Below, piece after piece: positions 1 through 8,921 of a DNA stretch of 64,000 nt; the stretch's first letter is position 1, and every line of letters begins with the position of its first letter. The DNA lies in the NCBI GenBank assembly GCA_964639725.1, contig CAZXFB010000024.1:1638-65637 (forward strand), written 5' to 3'. The notes under the pieces are model-generated. The model did not search any database. It was given only the letters and a program-made list of their open reading frames with translations, and was not told the origin of the DNA. The stretch comes from an uncultured Rikenellaceae bacterium (GTDB taxonomy: Bacteria; Bacteroidota; Bacteroidia; Bacteroidales; VadinHA17). Position numbers and translations under genes: made by a program.

Positions 1-218
1 TCTACCTGTCCGGCTTTCCAATAATTATACGCTGCAAAAATCCCTATCGGAGGGAGCATTACAGCAAGACTAGTTCCCTGAGCCATCTGCTGGTTGAATC
101 CAATAAGAAAAACAAGTGCAGGGATCATTATAATTGCTCCGCCTATTCCAAGCATTCCCGCCATAATCCCAGTGATGATTCCTATGACAATAAGAATCAG
201 AACCATTGATGTTGCCAT
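1..218 (-). CDS. TauE/SafE (DUF81) family anion/sulfite exporter, N-terminal part; the gene runs off the left edge
   Basis: Reverse-strand translation from ATG (218-216) reads MATSMVLILIVIGIITGIMAGMLGIGGAIIMIPALVFLIGFNQQMAQGTSLAVMLPPIG... This is the Gly-rich first TM repeat typical of TauE/SafE permeases. It is absent from the ORF track because it is truncated by the window edge. Confidence 0.6.
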   Translation of the reverse strand, partial: MATSMVLILIVIGIITGIMAGMLGIGGAIIMIPALVFLIGFNQQMAQGTSLAVMLPPIGIFAAYNYWKAGQV

Positions 219-372
219 GTTTTATATATAATTAGTTTGAAAATCAATCATGACAAATTTAGAAATTTTATGGAAACATATCAGAGTAAAGAATTGAGGG
301 AGGGATTTAATGAGGAAATCATTCTTGCCGCTTTCAACAATATCCTTAATTTTACGAATCATTTGAAAGACA

Positions 373-1404
373 ATGAAAAGCAAAATAAAAACTCTTGTTT
401 TTCCCGGAATCGGCATTTTCTGCCTGATGTTAATCTTTCTGATTTACAGGTTAATATATGGATTAAGTATTGAACCAGGGAAGATAAATAAGATAATTTT
501 TATTCCCACAGGTTCCTCCTGGTTGCAGGTAAAAGATTCATTAAAAGCTCATTTGAATATTAAAAATGAGAAGGTTTTCGAATGGGTAGCTCAGAAAAAG
601 AAATATCCTCAGCATATTAAGCCAGGTAAGTATCTTATTGATAGGGATATGAGTTGTAATAGTCTGATTAATCTTTTACGATCAGGCCGTCAAATTCCAG
701 TCAGAGTCACATTTAGTTATATAAGGACCATAAATGACCTTGCTGGAAAGGTAGGTAACCAGATTGAAGCAGATTCAGCAGCATTGGTTTCTTTTTTTTC
801 CGAGCCTGAGAACTACAGGGAAGATGCTTTTTCAAAAGAGAATATAATATCTCTGTTTATTCCGAATTCATATGAGTTTTACTGGAACACTGACCCGGAG
901 GGATTTTACAGGAGGATGCTTAAAGAGTATAAAAAATTCTGGTCTATTCAGCGGCTGGAGAAAGCAAGGGAAAAAGCACTCGATCCTCTTGAAGTCTCAA
1001 TACTGGCATCAATTATTGATGATGAAGTTTCCAAACCTGATGAGAAACCACGCATAGCAGGGGTTTACCTTAACAGGTTAAAAAGGGGCATTCCCCTTCA
1101 GGCTTGTCCCACTATCAAATTTGCGCTTAATGATTTCACAATAACCAGGGTTCTTCATAAGCATCTCCTGGTCGATTCTCCTTATAACACATATAAAAAT
1201 AAGGGATTCCCTCCTGGACCTATTGGATGCCCTTCAATTGAAAGCATAGATGCAGTTTTGAATGCAGAAAAGCATGATTTCATTTTTTTTGCGGCAAAAT
1301 CAGATTTCTCCGGATATCATAATTTCTCCAGGACACTTTCAGAACATAACCGGTACGCTGCAATTTATCAGAAGGAGCTAAATAAGAGAAAGATTTTCAA
1401 ATAG
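373..1404 (+). CDS. mltG: Endolytic murein transglycosylase MltG (YceG-like)
   Basis: 343 aa with one N-terminal TM helix followed by a YceG-like domain (…AGVYLNRLKRGIPLQACPTIKFAL…SPYNTYKNKGFPPGPIGCPS…). The 3' end overlaps convergent murB by 8 nt. Confidence 0.85.
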   Translation: MKSKIKTLVFPGIGIFCLMLIFLIYRLIYGLSIEPGKINKIIFIPTGSSWLQVKDSLKAHLNIKNEKVFEWVAQKKKYPQHIKPGKYLIDRDMSCNSLINLLRSGRQIPVRVTFSYIRTINDLAGKVGNQIEADSAALVSFFSEPENYREDAFSKENIISLFIPNSYEFYWNTDPEGFYRRMLKEYKKFWSIQRLEKAREKALDPLEVSILASIIDDEVSKPDEKPRIAGVYLNRLKRGIPLQACPTIKFALNDFTITRVLHKHLLVDSPYNTYKNKGFPPGPIGCPSIESIDAVLNAEKHDFIFFAAKSDFSGYHNFSRTLSEHNRYAAIYQKELNKRKIFK

Positions 1405-2416
1405 TTCCAATAACTTCTACTTCACGCTCAATTTCAATTCCAAACTTTTCAAATACTGATTGTCTGATTTTTTCCGAGAGATTAAATATCTCTTTTCCTG
1501 TAGCTTTCCCCAGATTAACAAGAACTAAGGCCTGTTTATCATGAACAGCAGCATCACCTATTCTTTTTCCCTTCCAGCCACAATGCTCAATAAGCCATCC
1601 GGCCGGCAGTTTCAAATTACCAGAAGGATCAGGATACGCAGGAATAGTTTCATATCTTTTTTTCAGCTCACCGGCAACTGATTTATTAACTAAGGGATTT
1701 TTGAAAAAACTGCCGGCATTGCCTGTAATTTCAGGATCAGGTAGTTTACATCTCCGTATATTTATTACTGCCTGTCTGATATTTTTAAGATTAGTACATC
1801 CTATCTTATCTATCTCTTCTTTGAGGGAACCATAATTAATGTTAAACACAGGATTGCTGTTTAATCTGAAAAAGACCCTTGTGACCATGTATCTGCCTTT
1901 TTCATTTCTTTTAAAAAAACTATCCCTGTAACCAAATTTGCACTCTTCATTATTGAATACTCTAATTGAACCATCAGAAGTACTTATAGTTCTGACTTTT
2001 TCGATATGATCTTTTACTTCAGTCCCGTATGCTCCTATGTTTTGCACAGGTGCTGCTCCCACACTTCCCGGAATCAGGGAGAGGTTTTCAAGTCCTCCAA
2101 ACCCTTTATTAACAGTCCACTTTACAAGTTTATCCCAGCTTATCCCGGCACCTGCAGAAATTAGCACACTTTCACCAGTATGGTCTTCAACCTTTACTCC
2201 TCCTAAATCAGGATATATAATTGTTCCTTTAAAGTTACTGGTAAACAGAATATTACTTCCACCACCAAGAATTAGTAGTGGTTTTTTCAATGAAGTACCT
2301 CCTCTGAAAAGAGATATTGCTTCTTTTTCACTTTTTATAATGATCATACATTCAGCAATATATTCAAGTCCGAAGGTATTATGCTTTTTCAGCGGAATAT
2401 TTTTGTATACGATCAT
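1397..2416 (-). CDS. murB: UDP-N-acetylenolpyruvoylglucosamine reductase MurB
   Basis: 339 aa with an FAD-binding PCMH domain (LILGGGSNILF, GLENLSLIPGSVGAAPVQNIGAYG) and the MurB C-terminal domain (AGSFFKNP…LPAGWLIEHCGWKG). Confidence 0.92.
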   Translation of the reverse strand: MIVYKNIPLKKHNTFGLEYIAECMIIIKSEKEAISLFRGGTSLKKPLLILGGGSNILFTSNFKGTIIYPDLGGVKVEDHTGESVLISAGAGISWDKLVKWTVNKGFGGLENLSLIPGSVGAAPVQNIGAYGTEVKDHIEKVRTISTSDGSIRVFNNEECKFGYRDSFFKRNEKGRYMVTRVFFRLNSNPVFNINYGSLKEEIDKIGCTNLKNIRQAVINIRRCKLPDPEITGNAGSFFKNPLVNKSVAGELKKRYETIPAYPDPSGNLKLPAGWLIEHCGWKGKRIGDAAVHDKQALVLVNLGKATGKEIFNLSEKIRQSVFEKFGIEIEREVEVIGTI

Positions 2417-2869
2417 CCTGTTTTTTTTGTAAAATTAACAAACTACTCTGATAATAAAATGTAAAATAATTATCCATAATTACTAATATCCATTAATATT
2501 ACTCATGTGTTTGATTTCAAAATATCCCCTTTAGGGATTAACTCGACAATTCAAATCAAAAATATCAAAGAATGTCAATAATTTACTATATTATAATGGG
2601 TTACAAGAATTCTCTTAAAAACAACGCACCACCAGTGATCAATTATTTATAAATTATTGTTATAATTTAACACAACACTGGTAATCCATTAATATTCATT
2701 ATTACCATATTTTTTGACGTGATGGGAAGATCAAGAATCTGAATTATGAGTTATATAATCTTTGGTTAAGAACTTCTGTTGTTACATGTTCTTACAAATA
2801 AGATGTGTATATTCTGATAATTTGTTATTTTTGGAAATCTTTAATAGTATCTACATAAACCACAATAAG

Positions 2870-4354
2870 ATGAAAAGTAACCGTCGTAATTTTTTAAAAC
2901 TTACAGGTATAGCCGGGGTCAGCCTGGTCGGAGCCAATTTGATTCCTGGTCAGGCATCAGGAGCAGATAATAATATCTCAAATCTCGGTCAGATAAAAGA
3001 ACAGGCAACTAAACAACATAATCAGAAATTCAACATGAGTGGTTATGCTGCACCCAGGCTGGAAACAGTACGTGTTGGCTTTATAGGTCTGGGTAGCAGA
3101 GGGCCGGGACATGTTTCAAATATGAGTCTTCTTGAAGGCGTAGAAATCAAAGCATTATGTGATATAGTCCCTGAAGCAGTGGACAAAGTAAAAAAGAGAA
3201 TTGAGCCTTTGGGTTTCAAACCTGATATTTATACCGGCGAAGCTGAAGCCTGGAAAAAAATGTGTGACAGAAATGATATTGATCTTGTTTATATCTGCAC
3301 TCCATGGAATCTGCACACACCAATGGCTGTCTATGCAATGGAACACGGTAAACATGTTTGTATTGAAGTACCTGCAACTGTAAATCTTGAAGAATCATGG
3401 CAGCTTGTTGAGACATCTGAGAAGACCCGCAAGCATTGTATGATGGTGGAAAACTGTTGTTATGACTTTTTTGAACTTCTCACTCTTAATATGGCTCGTC
3501 AGGGTTTCTTCGGTGAAATAGTTCATGGTGAAGGTGCTTATATCCACAATCTGATGGGACTCAACTTCAGTAAGACAGGTTACTGGAATATGTGGCGTTT
3601 AAGAGAAAATGCAAGCAGAGGCGGCAACATTTATCCTACACACGGTTTAGGTCCTGTTTGCCAGGTAATGGGTATTAACAGGGGTGATAAAATGGATTTC
3701 ATGGTATCTGTCATGAGTAAGGATTTCCAGATGAACGATAACGCGAAACAACTTGCTTCATCTGATCCCTTCTTTAAACCTTTTGTTGGCAATCCTTACA
3801 GAGGGAATATGACTACATCCACCATTCGTACTACCAAAGGTCGGACAATTATGGTTCAACACGATGTAACCTCACCAAATGTATATTCAAGGATTCATAA
3901 AATCAGCGGTACTTTAGGTGCTGCTTTGAAGTATCCGTTACCAGGGAAAATTTCCAAAGCTGATGAATGGGTTTCTGCTGAAGAGTATAAAGCGATAGAA
4001 GAAAAATATACTCCGGAAATTATAAAGAGGATCGGAGAAATGGCTAAGCAGGTTGGTGGACATGGTGGAATGGACTTCCTTATGGATTGGAGAACAATCG
4101 ATTGCCTGCGTAACGGATTGCCATTCGATCAGGATGTATATGATGCAGCCCTCTGGAGTGCTATCGGTCCGTTAAGTGAATTGTCTGTTGCCAATCGGTC
4201 AAACTCTGTCGATGTACCTGATTTTACCGGCGGTTCATGGAAAACAAACCAACCTGTCGATCTGCTCCTTACGAAAGGTGGTAACACTAAGGTTGTAAGA
4301 TCAACACCATCAAGAGCTCCAAGAAAACCAACACCTGAAGGGGTTCAAAACTGA
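2870..4354 (+). CDS. Tat-exported Gfo/Idh/MocA-family NAD-dependent enzyme, GH109-like (alpha-N-acetylgalactosaminidase family)
   Basis: Twin-arginine signal MKSNRRNFLKLTGIAGVSLVGA starts at the ATG at 2870; the track start at 2762 is a TTG with an implausible leader. It has a Rossmann motif VGFIGLGSRGPGH and the GH109-like length and layout. Confidence 0.7.
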   Translation: MKSNRRNFLKLTGIAGVSLVGANLIPGQASGADNNISNLGQIKEQATKQHNQKFNMSGYAAPRLETVRVGFIGLGSRGPGHVSNMSLLEGVEIKALCDIVPEAVDKVKKRIEPLGFKPDIYTGEAEAWKKMCDRNDIDLVYICTPWNLHTPMAVYAMEHGKHVCIEVPATVNLEESWQLVETSEKTRKHCMMVENCCYDFFELLTLNMARQGFFGEIVHGEGAYIHNLMGLNFSKTGYWNMWRLRENASRGGNIYPTHGLGPVCQVMGINRGDKMDFMVSVMSKDFQMNDNAKQLASSDPFFKPFVGNPYRGNMTTSTIRTTKGRTIMVQHDVTSPNVYSRIHKISGTLGAALKYPLPGKISKADEWVSAEEYKAIEEKYTPEIIKRIGEMAKQVGGHGGMDFLMDWRTIDCLRNGLPFDQDVYDAALWSAIGPLSELSVANRSNSVDVPDFTGGSWKTNQPVDLLLTKGGNTKVVRSTPSRAPRKPTPEGVQN

Positions 4355-4426
4355 TAAACAGTTTCAGGCCTGACTATGGCTTCCAAAATTAACAGTCTGG
4401 AAACCTCAAATTTGAAATTATTAAAT

Positions 4427-4469
4427 CGGAAAACAGTTCGGCTATGGCTGGTCTGTTATCCGGTTTTTT
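4427..4469 (+). terminator. Candidate rho-independent terminator after the GH109-like gene
   Basis: cggaaaacag (4427-4436) pairs with ctgttatccg (4453-4462) at 9 of 10 positions and is followed by gtttttt. Confidence 0.5.
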
Positions 4470-4574
4470 AATTAAATGCATTATTCATTATTGTCCTTTT
4501 AAAAATTTGAGTTAACTTACAATTTGTAATGCATTGATTTTTAATGGTTATCTATAATAATATATCCTATTATC

Positions 4575-6581
4575 ATGAAAATGAAGCTAATATTTTCGTT
4601 ACTGTTCCTAATAAATACAGTTATTTATTTATCTGCACAGATTCAATATCCAGGCGAATATCCCGGAAAGGCAATGGCAAAAACATTGACTGGAAACAGG
4701 GTAATACTTGAAAATAATCTGATAAAAATGGAATTTGCAGGTGATAAAAACAGAGTTTCAATCATAAGCTTTGAAGATAAAATCACACATGAGGTGTTAA
4801 GCGAGATTAATGCTGCACTTTTTGAGCTGAAACTTACTGATAGCACTATTCTTACTTCAAATGATTTTACCCTTGGGCATTCTCCAGTTATCTCAGATTT
4901 ACCTGTTGATTCACATTCTGAAATCGTGGCGGAAAGAGTGAAGGGAAAAAGATATTCAGCAGATCTTGAAAACCAGAAACTGGGTTTGACCGTTCACTGG
5001 AAAGCAGAACTCAGGGATGGTTCAAATTATATCAGGCAGATATTTTCATTTACCACAAAATACCAGTCAGATATTTCCAGGATTACCCTTTTAAGGCTTC
5101 CTGCTAATTTGCCTGTGAAGAAGGAGGGAACTGTTGATGGTTCCCCAATTACTGTTGGTAAAATGTTCTTTGCTCTGGAATATCCATTGAGTAAAGTGGA
5201 ACTGAAAGATAATTATCTGGTATCGTATCTGCCACGTTTACTTCCTGTTATATCTACAGTATGGGGTACAACTCCGGTCAATCAGTTTCGTCGAGGATTC
5301 CTTTATTATATAGAACGGGAGCGGGCGCACCCCTACAACCAGGTATTACATTATAATTCATGGTATGATATCTCCTGGCATGACAGAAAATTAAATGAAG
5401 CGATATGTCTTGACAGGATCAGGATGTTTGGTGATAGCCTTATAAAAAAGAGAAATGTTCCTTTAAAGGCTTTTCTTTTTGACGATGGATGGGACGATAA
5501 CAAAACCCTCTGGGAGTTTAATTCAGGATTCCCTGATGGTTTTGAAAAATTGAAAACTGAAGCTGAATCATACAAGTCAACAGTAGGAGTCTGGCTGTCG
5601 CCTTTCGGAGGCTATGGGGAAACGAAAAAAGAGCGTCTGGAATATGGAAAGAAGCAGACTCCTCCGTTTGAAACAAATGATAATGGTTTTGCCCTTGACG
5701 GACCTGTATATTTTAAACGATTCAAAGATGTAACCAGCAGTTTCATAAATAAATACGACATCACTATGTTCAAATTTGATGGAGTTGGGGCTGGGAATGG
5801 TGCCGGAATTGCTTACCAGAAAGATATTGAGGCTTTCTTAAAACTTATTACTGAATTAAATGAATTAAAACCGGATCTTTATTTCAGTCTGACTACCGGA
5901 ACATGGGCTTCTCCCTACTGGCTCTTCTATGGTGATAACATATGGCGCGGAGGGGATGATACAAATATGATGGGTGAAGGTTCAAAAAGACAGCAGTGGA
6001 TAACTTATCGCGATGCAGATGTTTATAAAAATGTTGTGAAGGCAGGTCCGCTCTATCCGTTGAACGCCTTAATGACATGTGGAATTTGTATTGCAGATTA
6101 TGGATATCCTGCAGATTTTGATATGAATGACAAGGACATCTCAGATGAAATCTGGTCTTTCTTTGGAACAGGAACAAATCTTCAGGAACTTTATATAAAT
6201 CCGCATAAATTGAATACATCAAACTGGAATTGTCTGGCAGAGGCAAGTCACTGGGCAAAAGAGAATGAGGATATATTGGTCGATGTACACTGGACAGGCG
6301 GCAATCCGGCCAAAGGCGAAATATATGGTTATGCCGCATGGTCACCCCGTAAGGCTACACTGACACTGCGAAATCCATCGAAAGATGAAAAATCGTTTTT
6401 AGTGAATATTGCAGGAATATTCGAGCTCCCTGAATCAATGAAAAGTGAATATCAGTTTTACGATGCCAGGCAAGTGACGTTAAATGCTAAGAAGGAGATT
6501 ATTGCCCAGGGCAGGGTTTTTAACATCATTTTGAAACCATTCGAAGTTAAGGTAATGGATGCTTTCCCGGTCAGACAGTGA
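4575..6581 (+). CDS. Secreted putative glycoside hydrolase (melibiase/alpha-galactosidase-like TIM barrel); exact family uncertain
   Basis: 668 aa with signal peptide MKMKLIFSLLFLINTVIYLSAQ. Motifs LFDDGWDD and FKFDGVG resemble clan GH-D (GH27/36-type) catalytic cores. Confidence 0.45.
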   Translation: MKMKLIFSLLFLINTVIYLSAQIQYPGEYPGKAMAKTLTGNRVILENNLIKMEFAGDKNRVSIISFEDKITHEVLSEINAALFELKLTDSTILTSNDFTLGHSPVISDLPVDSHSEIVAERVKGKRYSADLENQKLGLTVHWKAELRDGSNYIRQIFSFTTKYQSDISRITLLRLPANLPVKKEGTVDGSPITVGKMFFALEYPLSKVELKDNYLVSYLPRLLPVISTVWGTTPVNQFRRGFLYYIERERAHPYNQVLHYNSWYDISWHDRKLNEAICLDRIRMFGDSLIKKRNVPLKAFLFDDGWDDNKTLWEFNSGFPDGFEKLKTEAESYKSTVGVWLSPFGGYGETKKERLEYGKKQTPPFETNDNGFALDGPVYFKRFKDVTSSFINKYDITMFKFDGVGAGNGAGIAYQKDIEAFLKLITELNELKPDLYFSLTTGTWASPYWLFYGDNIWRGGDDTNMMGEGSKRQQWITYRDADVYKNVVKAGPLYPLNALMTCGICIADYGYPADFDMNDKDISDEIWSFFGTGTNLQELYINPHKLNTSNWNCLAEASHWAKENEDILVDVHWTGGNPAKGEIYGYAAWSPRKATLTLRNPSKDEKSFLVNIAGIFELPESMKSEYQFYDARQVTLNAKKEIIAQGRVFNIILKPFEVKVMDAFPVRQ

Positions 6582-6661
6582 AATGGATTCTCTTTATTCA
6601 GGATAATATGACGATTTAAAGTCTTTATGGAGAACAAATTATAGCCTAGATCACATTAAAA

Positions 6662-6677
6662 AGGATAATGTTATCCT
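6662..6677. promoter_or_regulatory. 16-bp perfect inverted repeat (candidate operator) upstream of the hyf-like operon
   Basis: AGGATAAtgTTATCCT read directly from the sequence, about 220 nt upstream of the first gene of the operon. Confidence 0.3.
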
Positions 6678-6710
6678 GATCAATGCAGAATAACTTGCTA
6701 TATTCCGTTA

Positions 6711-6794
6711 CTTCAGAACCGGTATCAATTATAATTATGTAAGATCAGGTAATTCACCCGTTCTTAATTACTTATTCTTCAGAATCAGGTATCA
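6711..6794 (+). repeat. Imperfect direct repeats cttcagaaCCGgtatca / cttcagaaTCAGgtatca, with a third atcaggta core between them
   Basis: Copies lie at 6711-6727 and 6777-6794. A related gatcaggtaattca lies at about 6743-6756. All are in the 315-bp intergenic region before 6897. Confidence 0.35.
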
Positions 6795-6896
6795 CTTTAA
6801 TAACCCTCAAAAATTTAATTCCTGTTATCAAACTATCTTGTAAAGGTTTTTCTTTACTTTGCATCCTGTTTAATTATAGGATGAAATAATTAAAGA

Positions 6897-8921
6897 ATGA
6901 TGGTTTATGAGGGTAGTGAATTAATTGGTCTTATTTTTAAAACAATTGCAGTAATCTTTTTCTCTGGGATATCATCAATACCTTTTGTTCCCGTCAGAAT
7001 CAAACCTGTTATAAGTATTGTCACAGTTCTGCTTGTTGCCCTGATAACAAGTCTTTTAGCTGTTAAAGTCTTTTCCACAGGCGGAATTGATTTTACTCTC
7101 TACTGTGGATCATTCTTTGGCGAAATCCCAATGAGGATTGATGCATTATCAGCCTGGTTTATTCTGATTATTAATTTCACTGCTGCAACCGGTGTGTTAT
7201 ACGGTGCGGGTTACATGAGAGCATCAGATGTTCAGCCATCACTTATTACATTCCATTGGATAATTTATATAATATTTCATTTATCCATGCTATTTGTATG
7301 TATGGTTCAGCATAGTATAGCATTTATTGTAGTATGGGAAATCATGTCTTTGTCCTCGCTGCTCCTGGTATTATTTGATTATACTAATCCAAAAGTACTT
7401 AAAGCAGGTATTAACTATCTTGTACAAATGCATCTGAGTGTAGTTCTTCTCACTATAGCATTTATCTGGGTATATTTCAGAACAGGGACATTTGATTTTA
7501 AAGGTATAGGTGAGTTCTTTGATTCAAATGTCAATATCTGGGTATTTCTGATATTTTTTACCGGGTTTGGACTCAAGGCCGGATTTATCAGCCTGCATAC
7601 CTGGCTACCTCTTGCTCATCCGGCAGCTCCCTCTCATATTTCAGGAGTTATGTCAGGAGTTATTGTTAAGATGGGGATTTATGGCATTTTTCGTATAATC
7701 ACTTTTTTGAAAACAGATTTCCTGGTTTTGGGAGAGATTATTGTCACAATATCATTATTAACAGGCTTGTTTGGCATTATGAATGCTGCAGTACACAGAG
7801 ATTTCAAACGTATGCTTGCCTACTGTACAATAGAAAATATCGGGATCATTGGTATTGGCACAGGATTGGGACTTATTGGCATATCCACAGGACAAAACCT
7901 GCTTACTTTCTTTGGATTCGGAGGAGCACTGCTGCATGTACTTAACCATTCATTATTTAAGTCCTTGCTCTTCTTCTCTGCAGGTTCAGTTTATAAGCAG
8001 ACGCATACCCGCGATATGGACAAATTGGGAGGACTTATAAAAAACATGCCTAAGACTGCAATACTCTTTCTGACAGGTGCAATAGCTATCGGAGGGATTC
8101 CACCTCTGAACGGATTTATCTCAGAATTTTTAATTTATTGCGGAATATTAAAAGGAATAAACTCTGTTGGTATTGCTCTGGTCACATTAATGGTGCTTAC
8201 TTTTGCTGGGATGAGTCTGATTGGTGGGATTTCGATACTTACCTTTACAAAAACATTTGGAACAATATTTCTTGGGACTCCCCGGCAAAAATTGAAACAT
8301 GACCCTGTTGAAGTCCCTTTATTGATGCTAATACCTCAGTACATAATTATTGTTGTAATGTTATTGATTGCCTTTTTACCTGGCTATTTTGTAAACCTCA
8401 TCGGATCAATATTGAATTACAATATCTTTCCTAACATTGGTTATGTGTCTGTTGATCTGACAAGTTACCTGGAAATATTGAGAAGTATCAGTCTGGCTTC
8501 GGTCATATTCATATTTTTGCTAGGCCTTATGTTTACTGTCAGATGGATTCTGATGAAAGGAAAAGAAAATCAGCATGCTTCCACCTGGGGATGTGGATAT
8601 CTGGCACCAAATGAAAGAATGCAATATACTGGTAAATCGTTTTCTAAATCTTTTGGAAAACTTCTTAATTTTATGCTCATAGAGAAGAAAGGGTACGAGG
8701 AAATTAAAAAAAGTGAAACTTTTCCTGTTTCACGACAATACCGTTCCTTTTATCTCGATTTTTTTGAATTCAGGATTATTGATCCGGTTATACAATTGAT
8801 CAACCGGTTTATTAATCTGTTTCAGTTTATACAAAATGGCAAGATCCAGGCTTATGTCATTTATGGTATTGCTTTTATAATTACGATATTCATTGGAACA
8901 GTTTTAAATTTGTGGCATTGA
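6897..8921 (+). CDS. hyfB: HyfB/HycC/NuoL-like antiporter-type membrane subunit, copy 1
   Basis: 674 aa and polytopic. It carries the hallmark WLPLAHPAAPSHISGVMSGVIVKMGIYG, LAYCTIENIGII and the HyfB-type C-terminal extension with TWGCGY. Confidence 0.85.
   Translation: MMVYEGSELIGLIFKTIAVIFFSGISSIPFVPVRIKPVISIVTVLLVALITSLLAVKVFSTGGIDFTLYCGSFFGEIPMRIDALSAWFILIINFTAATGVLYGAGYMRASDVQPSLITFHWIIYIIFHLSMLFVCMVQHSIAFIVVWEIMSLSSLLLVLFDYTNPKVLKAGINYLVQMHLSVVLLTIAFIWVYFRTGTFDFKGIGEFFDSNVNIWVFLIFFTGFGLKAGFISLHTWLPLAHPAAPSHISGVMSGVIVKMGIYGIFRIITFLKTDFLVLGEIIVTISLLTGLFGIMNAAVHRDFKRMLAYCTIENIGIIGIGTGLGLIGISTGQNLLTFFGFGGALLHVLNHSLFKSLLFFSAGSVYKQTHTRDMDKLGGLIKNMPKTAILFLTGAIAIGGIPPLNGFISEFLIYCGILKGINSVGIALVTLMVLTFAGMSLIGGISILTFTKTFGTIFLGTPRQKLKHDPVEVPLLMLIPQYIIIVVMLLIAFLPGYFVNLIGSILNYNIFPNIGYVSVDLTSYLEILRSISLASVIFIFLLGLMFTVRWILMKGKENQHASTWGCGYLAPNERMQYTGKSFSKSFGKLLNFMLIEKKGYEEIKKSETFPVSRQYRSFYLDFFEFRIIDPVIQLINRFINLFQFIQNGKIQAYVIYGIAFIITIFIGTVLNLWH

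Noticed and set aside
2037-2432. Long antisense or shadow ORFs (2037-2432, 5893-6345, 16528-16842, 17816-18205, 18620-18994, 19560-20075, 28122-28823, 32562-33301, 40532-40834, 56283-56765, 57954-58346, 60080-60424, 61616-61909)
   Set aside because: All lie entirely inside well-supported genes on the opposite strand. They have low-complexity or atypical composition (Ser/Pro/Cys-rich or Ile/Phe-rich) and no recognisable motifs.
2762-2869. N-terminal extensions given by the ORF track (2762, 15413, 21579, 25440, 31018, 44955, 58525)
   Set aside because: These begin at TTG/GTG codons or add non-signal-like leaders ahead of an in-frame ATG. That ATG opens a proper Tat signal, signal peptide or conserved N-terminus (2870, 15449, 21525, 25527, 30985, 44952, 58519).
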